From: Hydrolagus affinis
Lineage: Eukaryota
Reading direction: 5' to 3'
Assembly: GCA_012026655.1 (NCBI GenBank)
Contig: JAAILG010001260.1
Span: forward strand, 1 to 64,000
Length of the DNA stretch: 64,000 nucleotides
Below, one piece after another: positions 25,525 through 39,042 of the stretch. The notes under the pieces were generated by a model. The model saw only the letters and a program-made list of their open reading frames with translations, did not search any database and was not told where the DNA came from. The position numbers and the translations under genes were made by a program. How positions within the stretch are numbered: position 1 is the first letter of the stretch; every line of letters begins with the position of its first letter.

Positions 25525-28029
25525 AACTGCATTGAAGCGTCGGATGAGACACTAGGAGCTCAAAGTCATCACGTAGGGCTTCAATCCACAATCTTCTGAC
25601 TCAAAAGACAAGACTGCTGCCAACCGAAGACCTAACACACTGAACTGAACAAAAGCTGTAGTTTTCACTCTGCACCAAATGTCTTTTGTTGTTTTTTCTT
25701 GTGTGGGCGACGGACAGGCAGAAGATATTGAGAAATCCGGCTGATTTTTTCCTTTCTTCTGAAATATACATCGATATACATGGCTACTGCTGACAATTCC
25801 TGCGGCGCCCTGGAAGATAAGAGAGGAAGGAGAAAGAGTTTAGAAACTTGGATATTTTCTAATAGTTTAGTCTAGTTTAAGGGTGACTGAAAAGGTAAGA
25901 TTTGGGCCTACGAGGTTTTTATTAGTGGCAAAGTGCCCGGACTAGTGCAGGAAAAATATACTTGGGTTCAAGAGAAATTAATATGCAATCCAGCTATGCG
26001 ATGTTAGTCCAAAAGAAATAAAAGGGTTTTGCTGCTCTCAAACTTCCTGAATGTTCAATAGCTGAAATGGAAGCCAGCCAAAGAACCAGATAACTTTCCA
26101 CGTTTGCTGGTGAGGTTTATTCTGGCTCGGTTCTGCGAGTCGCAGCCACATGAGCAGCTTTTGCAGTTTTTCTCCCACCTCTGCCAGGTCTCACTAATTT
26201 TCCTCACGATTTCTCCAACGTTTCATGATTGTTTTTTCACGTTCCACCGCCTTATTTGAACATCTCCGTGCGTTGTGCACACCTGGCGAGAAAAGCCAGT
26301 TGAAACCTGGGCGTTTCGGAAATAACCGCTCTTGTGTTTATTTGGACGTTCTTGGAACTCCCCAGTAAATGCCCCGGTAATTTTTGCAGAAATAATGGAA
26401 ACAACTAAACCAGACAACTGACATATTGAAAACTCCTCTTGTGGTGGACTCTGTTCCCTTGACAGAGTCTTAGCTGAAGATCAAATCCTCCGGAAACCTG
26501 TTCAATGGAATTATAGACTGCGCTACCTAAGTCTCACTGGAAAGGTTAACAAAAGAAGTGAAAATGCTCTTAAACTATCGCATACCTTAGGATTACTGAC
26601 TTGTAGCAGAAAAGCTACGATCCGCTCTCCATCCCCCATGTGGGATCTCTCAGAGAGTATTGGCTAAAATTACAGGAAACTGCACATTTCGAGGTCTAAT
26701 TTTTCAAAGAGGGAGCATGCCCCCACAACACCCTCCCCCATTTATGCGAGCTTGCCGGCTTGTATTGATTGACAGTACGCAGAGTAGTTTCAAACCTCGC
26801 AAGAGAGAGTGGGGCACAGTCACGCGATGAGACTGGCCCCCAATCCATTCGACAGTCAAGTCGATTTGTTGTTCGTAAGAAGAACAAATTGTCTACAAAA
26901 CGCCCGGTACTACACTGTACAGTCACAAAGTGGGTCGAGACATCTGCCTGATGTGAAAGACATTCTATCCCAACCAGGGATAATGATGATGATTTTGATT
27001 ATTATCATTCAGCGCCTTGGGACATCCTCCCAACATGAAAGGCGCTATTGTATTATGATTACTGTTGACCTTTGCATTTGAGATCGAGTCTATCACCTCG
27101 AAACGTCTCCAAAGACTTGACATGAATTACCGTCAAATGTGACTGTATTTGCGGACGATCGCAGCGGCCAATGTTTGCACACATCGTTGCTCTGCAAACA
27201 ACCCAAAAAAGGGCAAATAGCCAACTTATTTTGCAGAATTGTTGGCCAGGACACTGGGAGAATTCAGAGAAGCAGAAGAAGCAAAAGAAGAGCGATTTAT
27301 TTTTGCCAAAGCTCCATAAACCATAGACAAGAGAGGCTTTCAACGTGTGAAGTGCCAAAGGAGACATCATCATTCACTAAAATTAATGGCCCTCACTTTT
27401 GTTTTACAATTGTATTAACTCAGTGATGGTTTGTCAACAGAACTGCAGTCAGGTGTGCCTGTGGGACTTGTCTTGTTTTAGAAAGTGAGGTCTGAAATTG
27501 AATCCATGTGTAAATAAAGAAAATTTTACAAATCACTTTTGACGCCGTTAATTTAAGCGGCGGCTTGGAATGCGAGGAATGTAACGAGTAGCGAACAGTT
27601 GTGCTGTTGATCTAAAACAGAAGACCTCGACAACACAAAGTGGGGCGGATAGACTCCTTCTTGAGATTTAAAATGAATTAGAAAACGCCACCAAAGTGTC
27701 AGGAATTGTTAATCTTTGTAATCGTTAAACATCCACACTCTGGTGTGTGTTAGAATTGGAAGGTTACATTGTTCGAAAAACTGCCCTATTTCAGCCGAAT
27801 GTTTGTTCCTTCCCCCCACCCACCCAATTAGATCCATAAAAGTAGATGGTTATATTCGAAATAACTGCTGAGCAATACGCGGAAAGAAAGGCTACACTTT
27901 TTATGATGGTAGTGCAAAAAACCAACAGTGACACCAGCCAAATATAGGTCCTGTTTTTGGTCCCTTATCAAACGGGAGCGCCAACAAGCCAGGAAAAAAT
28001 GAGGCATCTATCTCCCATGTGCATATCCC

Positions 28030-28230
28030 ACAGTGTCTTCTCCTCGCTCCCTCCCTTGCCTCCTTCAAGGCATGACTCAAGACTTCACTCTTCAACCCCA
28101 TCTTCAGTCACCCTCCTACCCCTACCCTCCTTGCCCTCAACCGCTCTTGATCCCAACCTCAGCTCAGGTCCAAATCCTTGACTGTCCAGTGCCTTTTTTC
28201 TTTTGGATCCTCTGTGCCATACACTCCCCC
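28030..28230 (+). mobile_element. L2 3' end fragment
   Basis: CCCTTGCCTCCTTCAAG...TCAAGACT and TGACTGTCCAGTG shared with 44745-44990. Confidence 0.7.
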
Positions 28231-28275
28231 CTTTAATGTAGTCCAGTGGTGGCTGAAAGAGGGGCGAAGGAAAAA

Positions 28276-28600
28276 GGAGTCCTGTAGCTTAGTGGTTAGA
28301 GCACTTGCCTTATAAGCATGAGACCTGTGTTCGAATCCAGGCAGGTCAGGGCGAAACCTTGGACAAGTTTCCTCATGCCACACGCCTAATAATAATCCCT
28401 CCAAAAAAAACACGATAATAAAATTTGTCATTTCAATCCACGACTGTTTGTGGGGACACTGCTGTGCGCAATTGGCTGCCACGTTTCGCCCACAAATATA
28501 CAGTAAATTCATTTTACAGTATATTCTGTGAAGCGCTTTGAGACGTCTGTCTAGAAGACGTGAAAAGCACTATATCAAATGCAAGGATTATTATTATTAT
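28276..28600 (+). mobile_element. tRNA-derived SINE, full length
   Basis: Family match; 4-bp insertion in the tail hairpin. Confidence 0.92.
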
Positions 28601-29009
28601 AATAAAAGAAAAGATTTTAAAAGAAAAACGTATTTGTCAATATATTTTGAATGTCAACACAATAGTCCTGTACGTTCGGCAACTGCCATTGTCAAATCAG
28701 TAAAAGACCGTGCTAACGTCTGCTGAGAAATATCCAGAAGACAGTCTGCATTGTTTCATTCAGTCCACAGAAACACTCCTTGGTCCTCGAGAAACTCTTG
28801 CGGATATCTGGAAAACCTCAACTGAGTATTCATCGTACCAGCGTTTGAAGGAACACAGATGTCTCTGGATTTACAAGGAGAAGTTGGGAAAATGGGGAAT
28901 GTTTCCTTGTCCATCGAGCTAATGATTTCCTCCACTCACACAATAAAGGAGTCAGGAATATCAGTGGACTGGACAATAGTTACACCGCACACCAGGACTC
29001 TGAATTCCC

Positions 29010-29380
29010 AGCCTAGGCTGACACTCCAAATACTGGGAGAGTGCTAGGAGAGAGCTGGTTCATAGTAGATGCGTTCCTTCCAATGAGACATTGAATGTTG
29101 AAGATCCCATTGCACTGTTCAAAAAGGGTAGAGGTTTTCCCGCAGTATCCTGACTCTCAGATAAAATCCATCATTCACTTTATGCCTATTTGTGAGACAA
29201 CGTTGTTGTTTGCAAATTGGCTTCCAAGTTCCACAACAACGAAATTACATTTGGGTAGCGCCTTTCACCCACTCACAAAAAAACACTCACGACATTTGTA
29301 AGTCAGTAATCTCAGTAAATTTGAGATGTCTTCTGACATGAAAGGCACTCCATCAGATGCAAGAATTATCATTTCATTAT
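29010..29380 (+). mobile_element. Degenerate DeuSINE plus tail fragments
   Basis: TAGGCTGACACTCCA, AAGATCCCATTGCACTGTTC and GCAAATTGGCT motifs. Confidence 0.6.
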
Positions 29381-29474
29381 TATTATGAATTGCAAACTCA
29401 AAGCCAAAGAAAGAACATTAATTTTATTACATTGAAATGCATCCAAGAGCAAAACTGATAGTTATTTTCAAATG

Positions 29475-29799
29475 TAATAATAACGATAATCCTTGCATTT
29501 AATATAGTGCTTTTCACGTCTTCTAGACGGACGTCTCAAAGCGCTTCACAGAATATACTGAAAAGCGAATTGACTGTTTATTTGTGGGCAAAACGCGGCA
29601 GCCAATTGCGCACAGCAGCGTCCCACAAACAGTCGTGGATTGAAATGACCGATTTTAGTATCGTGTGTTTTTGGGGATGAATGATTATTCGGTGTGTGTG
29701 TGGAGTAAGGAAACTTGCCCAAGGTTTTACCCTGACCTGCCTGGATTCGAACACAGGTTATAATCATGCTTATAAGATGAGTGCTCTAACCACTGAGCT
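29475..29799 (-). mobile_element. tRNA-derived SINE, full length
   Basis: Reverse-complement family match; 4-bp tail insertion at the same position as in the 28276 copy. Confidence 0.9.
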
Positions 29800-30016
29800 C
29801 TTTGTAGGGACTTTCTTTTTCTTGTGGCAGAGAGGCAGTTTTTGAGTGAATAATCCGAAGGATCAGGGCACTGGGAGAAATTGCTTCCTCTTTTTGAATA
29901 GTGAGAGTCCCCCTAAGCAGACAAACATCAACTTATCCAAAAGGCAGACACTAGAACAATACAGCGCTCGGAAATACTGTACTTTGAGTATAGCTTTGAA
30001 CATGAGCTCAAGTACT

Positions 30017-30270
30017 GGAGCCCTGTGGCTCAGTGCTTAGAGCACTTGCCTTACAAGCGAGAGACCTGGGTTCAATTCCAGGCAGGGTGAAATCTTGGGG
30101 AAGTTTCCTAACTCAACAAGCCTAATAATAATCCCTACCAAAAAAAATTGGGTCACTCAATCCATGACTGTTTGTGGGACACTGCTGTGCGCAATTGGCT
30201 GTCACGTTTTGCCCACAAGTATTCAGTCAATTCACTTTACAGTATATTCTGGGAAGCGCTTTGAGAATGT
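30017..30270 (+). mobile_element. tRNA-derived SINE, tail-truncated
   Basis: Head and body match; a minus-strand 3' fragment follows at 30330-30450. Confidence 0.88.
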
Positions 30271-32982
30271 CTGTTGTCATCTGCAAGCTGTGACTTTGAA
30301 AAAAAAATCTTATATATGCGGTATATTACAATAATCCTTGCATTTGGTATAGCGCTTTATCAAGTCTTCGAGACGTCTCAAAGCGATTCACAGAAAATAC
30401 TGTAAAGAGAATTGATTCTATATTTTGTGGGCGAAACACGGCAGCCAAGTACGCACATTGGCACACATATATATTTTATATATAAATATATATATATAGT
30501 GTAATATACTTATCCCAGAGATCTTGCAGATGCTGGCAATGTAAGAGTTAATAATATCTGTAATGTACCCCCAAAATAAAGCCTTCCCATCACATACAGT
30601 AATTAGTATTCCTCCGCATATTACACATTGCCAAGGCCACAATCAGCTACCTTTTTGACTGTTGAGTTTCCAGTCTATCAGGACCAATGCAGCAACAGAT
30701 TCGTAGATTGAACAGATGATGGGAAATATCAGTCGTAGGAGTCTGGACTAGCTCAGCACAAACCACTCTCGCTGGGATCATTCACAGTTGGAGTGGATGG
30801 TGATTCCTGGATCTTCTCCTGGCTCGTGCACAGTCCCACTTGTCAAGGTCGACCCCATTACCAACAGTGAGATTTTATGAGGAGAAACAGTAAGGCGCAG
30901 TCAAAACCAAATGAAAATACGCCGGTATTTTTACAGTCGCACAAAGAATGTGCTCCGTCGGATTTATTTTGATGGGGAAGGGCTACAGGGGAGGGTGATT
31001 TGTTTGTGTTATGAAATCAGTGGCAGTCCTCCGTACAGTAAGCAGAGCCAACCAAAGTCCTACAGAACATTCGGGAGCAAATCAAGAGAAGTGACCTCAA
31101 TAAAATCCAGATTATACCGTATACAAAAGCCAGTCATTCAACATGGGACAACCAAGCGAACTGTACTTTGTAAATAGGCCAAACTTTGACAAGTTGCTTC
31201 ACGCAGCTTGTTGTGAAGGGAGCAATTAACCGAAATAAGAATGTCCACTGAAATTAACAAAGCATGGAGTCAATCTTTCCTCTGAACTCTGAGAAGGTTG
31301 TTATAGGACTGGAGCTCAGGAGAATCTAGAACCATTGGTGACTGGGAAGATCAAAGGTTGCCTCATTTTACAGCACTCTCCAAAAAGAAAAGGAACAGCA
31401 GATTTCCGATAATGCCATTTGCAATGGCAAGCTATGTGGTTTTAGCTGTCAAGACTCCAGCAGTTACCCCTAATGCACACTCTGGGGGGGCTCCAAGCCC
31501 TGGCTCTTGCCAACCTAAGCTCACTATACTCACAGTGGATTTAATCAAACGAGGAAACTTGCCATTTTCCAAATGTCATCTTAAGAACGGGCAGCATCTG
31601 ACCCAAAATTACATTAGATTTGTTAACTAAAAGGCAAGTAAAAAAAACTATTTAATTTTGAGTTAGGATGCTAACTCAAAAACGAAACGTTGCTGTGTTA
31701 GGGTGTGGCGGGGCACTATTTAAAGTTTGGAAGCTACTGCACTACGCTGAAGGGACTATAGGAATTTCCTGCATTGGAAGGTCCTTTCTATATCCAATCA
31801 TGTGTCAAGGAAACTGGAGAACAAAAACATACGCAGGAGCTCAATATAAGGCTGCACACAGAATCAATAAATTACACTGCTCAGCTTGTAACACTCAAAA
31901 ACTATCATTATGCACCCTTAACCTAAATTCATATAGGAGTTAAAATAAATTATCTTTATAAAGACATTCTCAACAAAACAGCCTTTCTGCCAGATCACCA
32001 TATATCTCCCTTCAAACCTCAAGGCAGTCAACAGTTCTATTACATTGGAGCGTTCTCTGTTTACACAGATGTCTGGAGTTCTGCTCAGGATTTTAAGCCC
32101 TTGTAGATTTCGGCTCACGAAAAAGAAAAAGAAATTCTTCTCCCCCCTCCCACCCCCCAAAAAAAGAAAGACTTTTACATTAAGAGACGACAGATTCGAT
32201 CGCGCCGTACTTCTTAATTCAAAATGGATTTCTTAATCAATAAAAAATCTGAGCGATTTGGCGTTTGAAAAGCGGGTCACCGCAACTCGAGAGAACCATG
32301 CTCTGAAAATAGATCGAGTTACAAGTACTTTTTCGGGGAGCGTGCATCACGCTGTTCCGGATTTCTCAATCAAGAAATACCGCACAATTGACTCGAAAAG
32401 GCAAGAATTAAAACGGATGATTTGTTTCGAAAAGCGAAGGAAATGAAGAGAAGTGAAAACACACTTGTCTCTTGACTCGCAATTTAAAATGGCAGGATTA
32501 TCTTAAAAAGAGCAGGAAGGGAACAGGGGGAATGCAATTAATACAATAGTTTAATACAGTCCAGGCAATTAGCAGCAGATCCAATGCTGTTCAACTTGAT
32601 GGCAGATTGTAAATCCACTATAAATGCTTCGCTGATGCTATGTAAACAGTGAAGTGATGAGGGATTAAAAGCCTTGAATGTGGGACTTCTAAAAAGATTG
32701 CAACAAGTTTCTCCAGCGTTGGACACTGCCAGGTTCCGTGGTTCACAAGAGAATAATTCTTACCTTTTTAACCCGAGTTCCAAAATTAAGATCCCATCTG
32801 CCTGATTTGGTCAAGGTGAAAGAGTGTGCGGCAGGATTTCAAAAGAGAGCAGGGAATATGTTTGACTCAACTTCAAAGTCATCCATGGTCTTGTGTGAGT
32901 TGTTTATGGGACAATGGTGTACTTAAATTCACTGCTGCGTTTCCCCCACAAAACACACCGTATACATTTTAGAGTACTAATG

Positions 32983-33302
32983 ATAATAAATCCTTGCATT
33001 TGATATAGCACTTTTCACGTCATCTAGAAGTCTCAAAGCACATCACAGAATCTATTGTCAAGTGAATTGACTGTATATTTTGTTGGTGAAATGAGGCAGT
33101 CATTTGCGCACAGCAGTGTCCCACAAACAGTCGTGGATTGAAATGACCAATTTATTATCATTGTGTTTTTTTTTGAAGGGATTATTATTAGGAGTGTATG
33201 TGGAGTAAGGAAACTTGCCCGAGGTTTCGCCTTGACATGCCTGGATTCGAACACAGGTCTCACGCTTGGTAAGGCGAGTGCTCTAACCACTGAGCTGCAG
33301 GA
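32983..33302 (-). mobile_element. tRNA-derived SINE, full length
   Basis: Reverse-complement family match. Confidence 0.92.
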
Positions 33303-33399
33303 AGAGCCAGCGTGACAATCAGAGAGAGGTATTGTGCAAGAAAAATTGAACCAACAATCAAGTTGAGCAAACTGTGGAATATTTATCATTCCAGTGATC

Positions 33400-33500
33400 A
33401 GGATAATAATGAGGCTTGGGACAGTTAATCAGAGACCCGCAGAGACTCGTTGGGCCCATTGGCCTCCTCGTGCGCTGTAATATATTCCACGATTCTACGA
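33400..33500 (+). mobile_element. CR1 terminal 3'UTR fragment
   Basis: AGACTCGTTGGGCCCATTGGCCTCCT...GCTGTAA...ATTCCACGATTCTACGA (CR1 hairpin plus 8-bp terminal repeat). Confidence 0.65.
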
Positions 33501-34274
33501 TAACATCACCCAGAATCCATCGCTACGGGTTACGCTCTTTTTCTCTCTAAAGTTTTTCTTAAAGAGTTACAACCACATTGTTTCCTCCCAACTCCCCCTT
33601 GTGGGATTCCAGACCGACCGGCCCCCTTTACCTTTGAGACTGAAGCACACAGTTCATGAAGACGGTGAAGGGCTTAATACGCAGCGAAGCTTTTGGAACA
33701 CTCCCTTCTCCAGCTCCTCCACCCTCGACCTCCCCTGCCAAGAAGCGTTCAGCCATGTCACTCACCTCGCCTCTTCCCATTTCCAGCCAGTCACCAAGCA
33801 AGCTTTTCCCTGCAGATTAGATGAAGGAACTGCATTCAGTCAAGCTCTAACAGTGCCAGAGGGAGGAGATTTATAGTAATACCATATGGCTTGCAAATAA
33901 ATGAATGTATTCATAAGGAATGATTTCATATGAATTGATTTTCAACACTCCCAATTATTAGATATGGTGTTGTACTGAGGGCACAATCCTTCACAGTTCA
34001 TGACATGCTTCTATGCCCTGCAGTAAATGGATACTTATGGGCAAAGCAATTAATACTGTAGCAATTTTTCTAATTTTCTGAAAATATTCGCTGTAGTTTT
34101 ATTCAGGTATAATTCACTGCACAGCAACTGTGTTTTAAAAAAAAACGCACGTTCTGGTCCATTCCATATGGCAAACAGTTTAAAGTCCACACGAATGAAA
34201 GGCTGTCTTGGATCACTGCTCTAACAGTGAAGCTTGGATTAAGAAGTGTACAACTCTAGTCAGAAGGTAAAAGA

Positions 34275-34370
34275 ATAGATCAGAAGGTCACAGTTCAAAT
34301 CCGGATCTGCACTGAGTTAGTTGATCTCAGTTTGGACAGCAGAAAGAGTCGTACAATTGACCTCAGTGCA
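34275..34370 (+). mobile_element. LF-SINE-like fragment
   Basis: GAAGGTCACAGTTCAAATCCGGATCTGCACTGAGTTAGTTGATCTCAG...TACAATTGACCTCAGTGC matches my recall of the LF-SINE 5' region. Confidence 0.7.
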
Positions 34371-37300
34371 TTACAGACAGCGAAGGAAATACACAGTCAA
34401 ATCCATTTTACAATATATTCTGTGAAGCGTTTTGAGATGTCTCGAAGACCTGAAAGCATCTATATCCAATACAAGGATTATTATTATTATATCAAATGCG
34501 AGGATTATTATAATATCATTATAAATTTCAGTCAGCATTTTTATATCTGACTGCAATCCAGAAATCGTTACTGGGCGGGACAATCTCTAGTACACAGCGA
34601 GCAATTAATTAAATAAATAATAATATAAATAATTGAATACTTAAATGCCCAGCAGAGCAGAACCCCAGTCACATCAACATGGGGCCAAGACGAGAATTGG
34701 AAATTTCCTTATCTGGCAAAACACCTTATCTCTGTTCCAGATGTCCTTTGTTCTTTAATTTTGTCATTACATCAATGGTAATCTATGAGGTTTTAGCTGG
34801 TTAAAGTCTAGCAGTTACCCCCAGCGTATACCAGCACCTGATACTTTCCGGAATTAGGTAAGCAAGATGTGTCTCTCCAGGGAGAGAGAGAGCCCATTCC
34901 ATTCCAACAAGCCAGCTCTGGGATTTCTAGGTGTAGGCGAGATGCATGGAATTCTCAGCTGGGTGTGAATAGTCTTAAGCGACCCTGATGGGTTTCCGCA
35001 TGTGTCAGACACCTGGCCGACCCCAAAAAACGTTTCGCTGAAGAGGAGAGAGCATCTGATTGATACATCAGGAGGTCTAGATATTTCAAATATAGGTTTG
35101 TGACTTGGAACTAAACAGTTGAGATTCAGAGTACATGTACTTGGCCAACAGTCTGACAGGAAATATTAAGCTTCCAAAAGAGTAGCTTCACAGTTTGTCC
35201 TGACATGCCAACGCTATTTTATTCTAACCATAATTTACATTGTGTTGTCACTCATCGGGAAGCAGGACACTGATGTACATATTGCCAACTACAAAAAATA
35301 AAGGTCTCTTTTCTATTGAAATTCTGTCGCATCGTTCAGCCAAGCTGCGTTCACGATAAGGGGGGTGGGGTGGGGCGGTGGGTGAGGGTTGGTGGTTACG
35401 CCACATCAAATTGCTAACAGAGTGGTGTTTAGCATCAGCATGTGAGAGATTTCTTCGACCTCAGCGCCTTGCCCATTGTGTGCAGTCAGGGGGAAGCTTG
35501 TCAATAGGAGGAACTGGATTATAACAGGGTCCTTTACAGGTTCAGACTAACCACCGTAATTTACACTGTTTCATTGTCCGCATTTTCGGCCCAAGAGGGC
35601 TCCATTCCGCCTGTGTTTTGTGCTCTGTGACCAAATCGGCTCAGTTCAGTTACCTAGTCTCCCGCAACAGTAAAAGGTTCTTGAGGGAAAAGACTGTCTG
35701 AAATTTCAAAGACAACTTGTTTCTTCAGCTTGCACGTGGAAATATGACTACCTCCTTTGATCCGCTAGCCGATCACTGCAGTAAAATTTTGCACCGAGGT
35801 TTAAAACCTCACGTGGTTTCGTCTCCTTGATAAGGTTATTCAAGAAGTCAATAGATTTAGTTTGTCAAGACATTGCTGTCATAGATCGCTCGGTGAGATA
35901 TGTTCTGAGATATCAGTGCTCATAAAGTTGGTTCTCGTTTTCAATACTCTCCTCGGGAAGGACACTGGACTTCTTGAAGAAACAACTCAAAAATCTTGAT
36001 GGAAAGGAGGGTGGGGTGGGTTTCTTAGAAGGTTGAGATACACTCCCAGCTTGAATGCAAACCCCGGGCTGTCCAGCACCTCGGGACATCCTCCTAACCT
36101 GAAAAGCACGAGATAAATGTCAATTTGTGTTGCGCTGAGATCAAACAGGCCAAACAGCCTTCTTCACCCAAACCCAAATTGTGATCTTTCTAGCTTGCCA
36201 AGCTCTGTTGCAGTTTTGAACATGAGAAAGATACCAAATAAAGACAACCCTCTCTAGCCCACTTTTCACAGTTGTGGCATTGGTCTTGCGCTCCACTGTA
36301 CAGCCTGCTCTCACTGTTGATTCCCTTCTGCGTAAATCATAATATGTGATGTCTCAAACATTATCCTTCAGCATGCTTTAAATCTTACAACTGACTGTAA
36401 AACTCATATTTGTGAAACATACCGGATCATCTGATGTAAACACATTACAGAGTTCACATGTCACAATATTTGCAAACTGCTAAAGCTTTCAAACCCGTGG
36501 AATAACTGGGTCACTCCATCGCATCAGCTACAATGGCACACACACACACACACACCACACAATGCCAGCAAACAGTGAAAGGAATAAATGCAATACACCA
36601 GGGCATCACAGCTAAATAGCTTTCAGCCCATTCTGAAGTGTCTGGCAAGCAGTTCTGCAGATCAACATTAAGCTTGAGGTGCACAAAGGAAACCTTCACA
36701 GTGTTATTTTTTTTACAAAAACTCACACACACACACACAGAGACTGGGTTCTTCAATCCACTTGCAAAAATTGACAAGAATGGTTATCTAATGAAAATGC
36801 ACCGATGCCTCCCTTCACAAAACCTTGTTCAATTACGGCAAAATTGTGAACTTATCAACGAGACAATTGGAATTGGTTTGAAGTTCAACGGGCAAACTTT
36901 GAGTTGACATGCAGGTATTTAATTTACCGAGCTCACCATGAAGCAAATTGTTGGCACTTGCACAACAAAAAAATAGATCCAGTCAGTTATTTCTGCTGTC
37001 TGCATGGATCGCTTAAAAAGTCTTCAAAAACGGAGGCAGACCTAATCATGGCTAAACCCAGGTGACAAATATGTACAGTATTTATAGATTCGCAAGGCCA
37101 ATTTTAATAGTCTGTTCATTGTATTCACCACAAGGGGTCATTGTAGCTCTGTGTGAATTCCCCATAATTGAGTTATTAAGTTGGGAGATTTAGCTTTTCC
37201 ATGTAGCCTGCAGCAATGATGTTTTGGTGAGAGCTGCACACTTACCTGTAATATTTGATGGCACCGCGTTTAATCATGTCAATGAATGACCCTCGCGTCT

Positions 37301-37506
37301 CATTAACGTCTATTAAGCGGACGATTGGAAGCGGCAGACCACACAGCCAACTAACATCTGGGGCAAATATCAACCACAGATCGTAGATGGGAGGTGAGGG
37401 AATTTAGACGGGGGGAAAGTAGAGGGGCAATAGCTGAACCATTCGCGCTAAAGAGGATGCCAAAGCCAAGTGAGACCGGCGGGTTCACTGAGAAGACCTT
37501 TTAACA

Positions 37507-37830
37507 CTGTAGCTCAGTGGTTAGAGCACTCGCCTCACAAGAGTGAGACCTGTGTTCGAATCCAGGCAGATCAGGGTGAAACCTGGGACAAGTTTCCTTA
37601 CTCCACACGCAGGCCTAATAATAATAAGTCCAAAAAAACCACAATAATAAAAATAGGTCATTTCAATCTGCGACTGTTTGTGGGGGACGCTGCTGTGCAC
37701 AATTGGCCGCCGCGTTTCGCCCACAAATATACAGTCAATTCACTTTACAGTATATTCTATGAAGCGCTTTGAGACACTGGTAAAAATGTATAAAGCGCTA
37801 TATCAAATGCAAGGATTATCATTATTATTA
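37507..37830 (+). mobile_element. tRNA-derived SINE, full length
   Basis: Family match. Confidence 0.92.
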
Positions 37831-38569
37831 AAACTATGGGTGGAGCTTAAAAACAGTTCATCCCTGTATGATTTGTTTGTACGCAGACTGAGATCCTGCC
37901 ACAATTGTTAAAAGCTCCAAAAAGGCAGTGAAATATAGTACCATTTTCAGGACACACATGGCCTCATAAAGCTCTTTGAGGTATTATTCAGTCATTCAAT
38001 TTTGCACTCACGATTATCATCTGGGTTCCAGTTATTCTGTGCATAAACCATGTGGGTCTATTTGTAAATAGCTTACAGTGGTGGCAGTGATGGTGGGGGA
38101 GGGTGTGGGTGTGGGGGAGGTGGGAGAGGAGGGAGTTGGAAAGCACATTTCAAAAAGTCAGCAGTTTTTCAATATGCAAGTTGTTATTTTGGGAGCACAT
38201 TTGGTCACTGTGCTGTCAACACTGGGAAGAGTAATGGAGGATTGGAGTAGCACACGTACCAGTTCAGCAGAAAGTGATTTAATTCATTTGTCCGAACCCT
38301 ACACAGCTCAGTCCAGTCCAGTTCCACTCAGTCCTCTTTGTAAGGAGAGGGAATGTGGAACGAGGATTACCAACATTACAGTAGAGTAATGAATCCAGCA
38401 GAAGTTTATTTTGCATCGACAAGCACAGTTAGATCACAGTTATTTTTATATCTTCAATAACACAGCATAGATAATAATAATAATCCTTGCATTTGATATA
38501 GCGCCTTATCACATCTTCTAGATGTCTCAAAGGGCTTCACAAAATATATTGTAAAGTGAATTGATTTAT

Positions 38570-38756
38570 CCAGGAATAATAATCCCTTTTTTAAAAAAAA
38601 TTAATAATTTGGTCACTCAATCCACGACTGAGACACTACTGTGCGAAATTGGTTACCGGGTTTCACCCACAAGATATACCAGCAGTGTCTCACAAACAGT
38701 CATGGATTGAGTGACCAAATTATTATTTTTTTAAAAAGGGGATTATTACTCCCGGA
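38570..38756. repeat. Inverted repeat of two SINE body fragments
   Basis: Arms at ~38570-38640 and ~38681-38756 are near reverse complements. Confidence 0.85.
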
Positions 38757-39042
38757 AAAGTGATCTGCCGATTGAAGATAGGAACGAGGATAAGCTATTC
38801 TGGCAGAGCCACATCGTAGGAATCTTACAATGATATTGATACTGTATTTGGATTCAAAAAGGTTTCAGGAATGTCAGGCCTGATGCTGTAGTTGACATGG
38901 TGATTTCTCGCACACACTAACACAAGTACAGAAACACAAATAAATCTGTGTTCGGGTGGATGTTAAAGATCCAATGGGAACTGTTTCTCTCTCGCTGGCC
39001 AATAATCCCCAAGCAATAAAATTGCTCGTTCACTTCATAGCT

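Noticed and set aside
33601-33876. 91-aa ORF and minus-strand AG|GTGAGT donor
   Set aside because: No recognisable protein on either strand and no consistent partner exons
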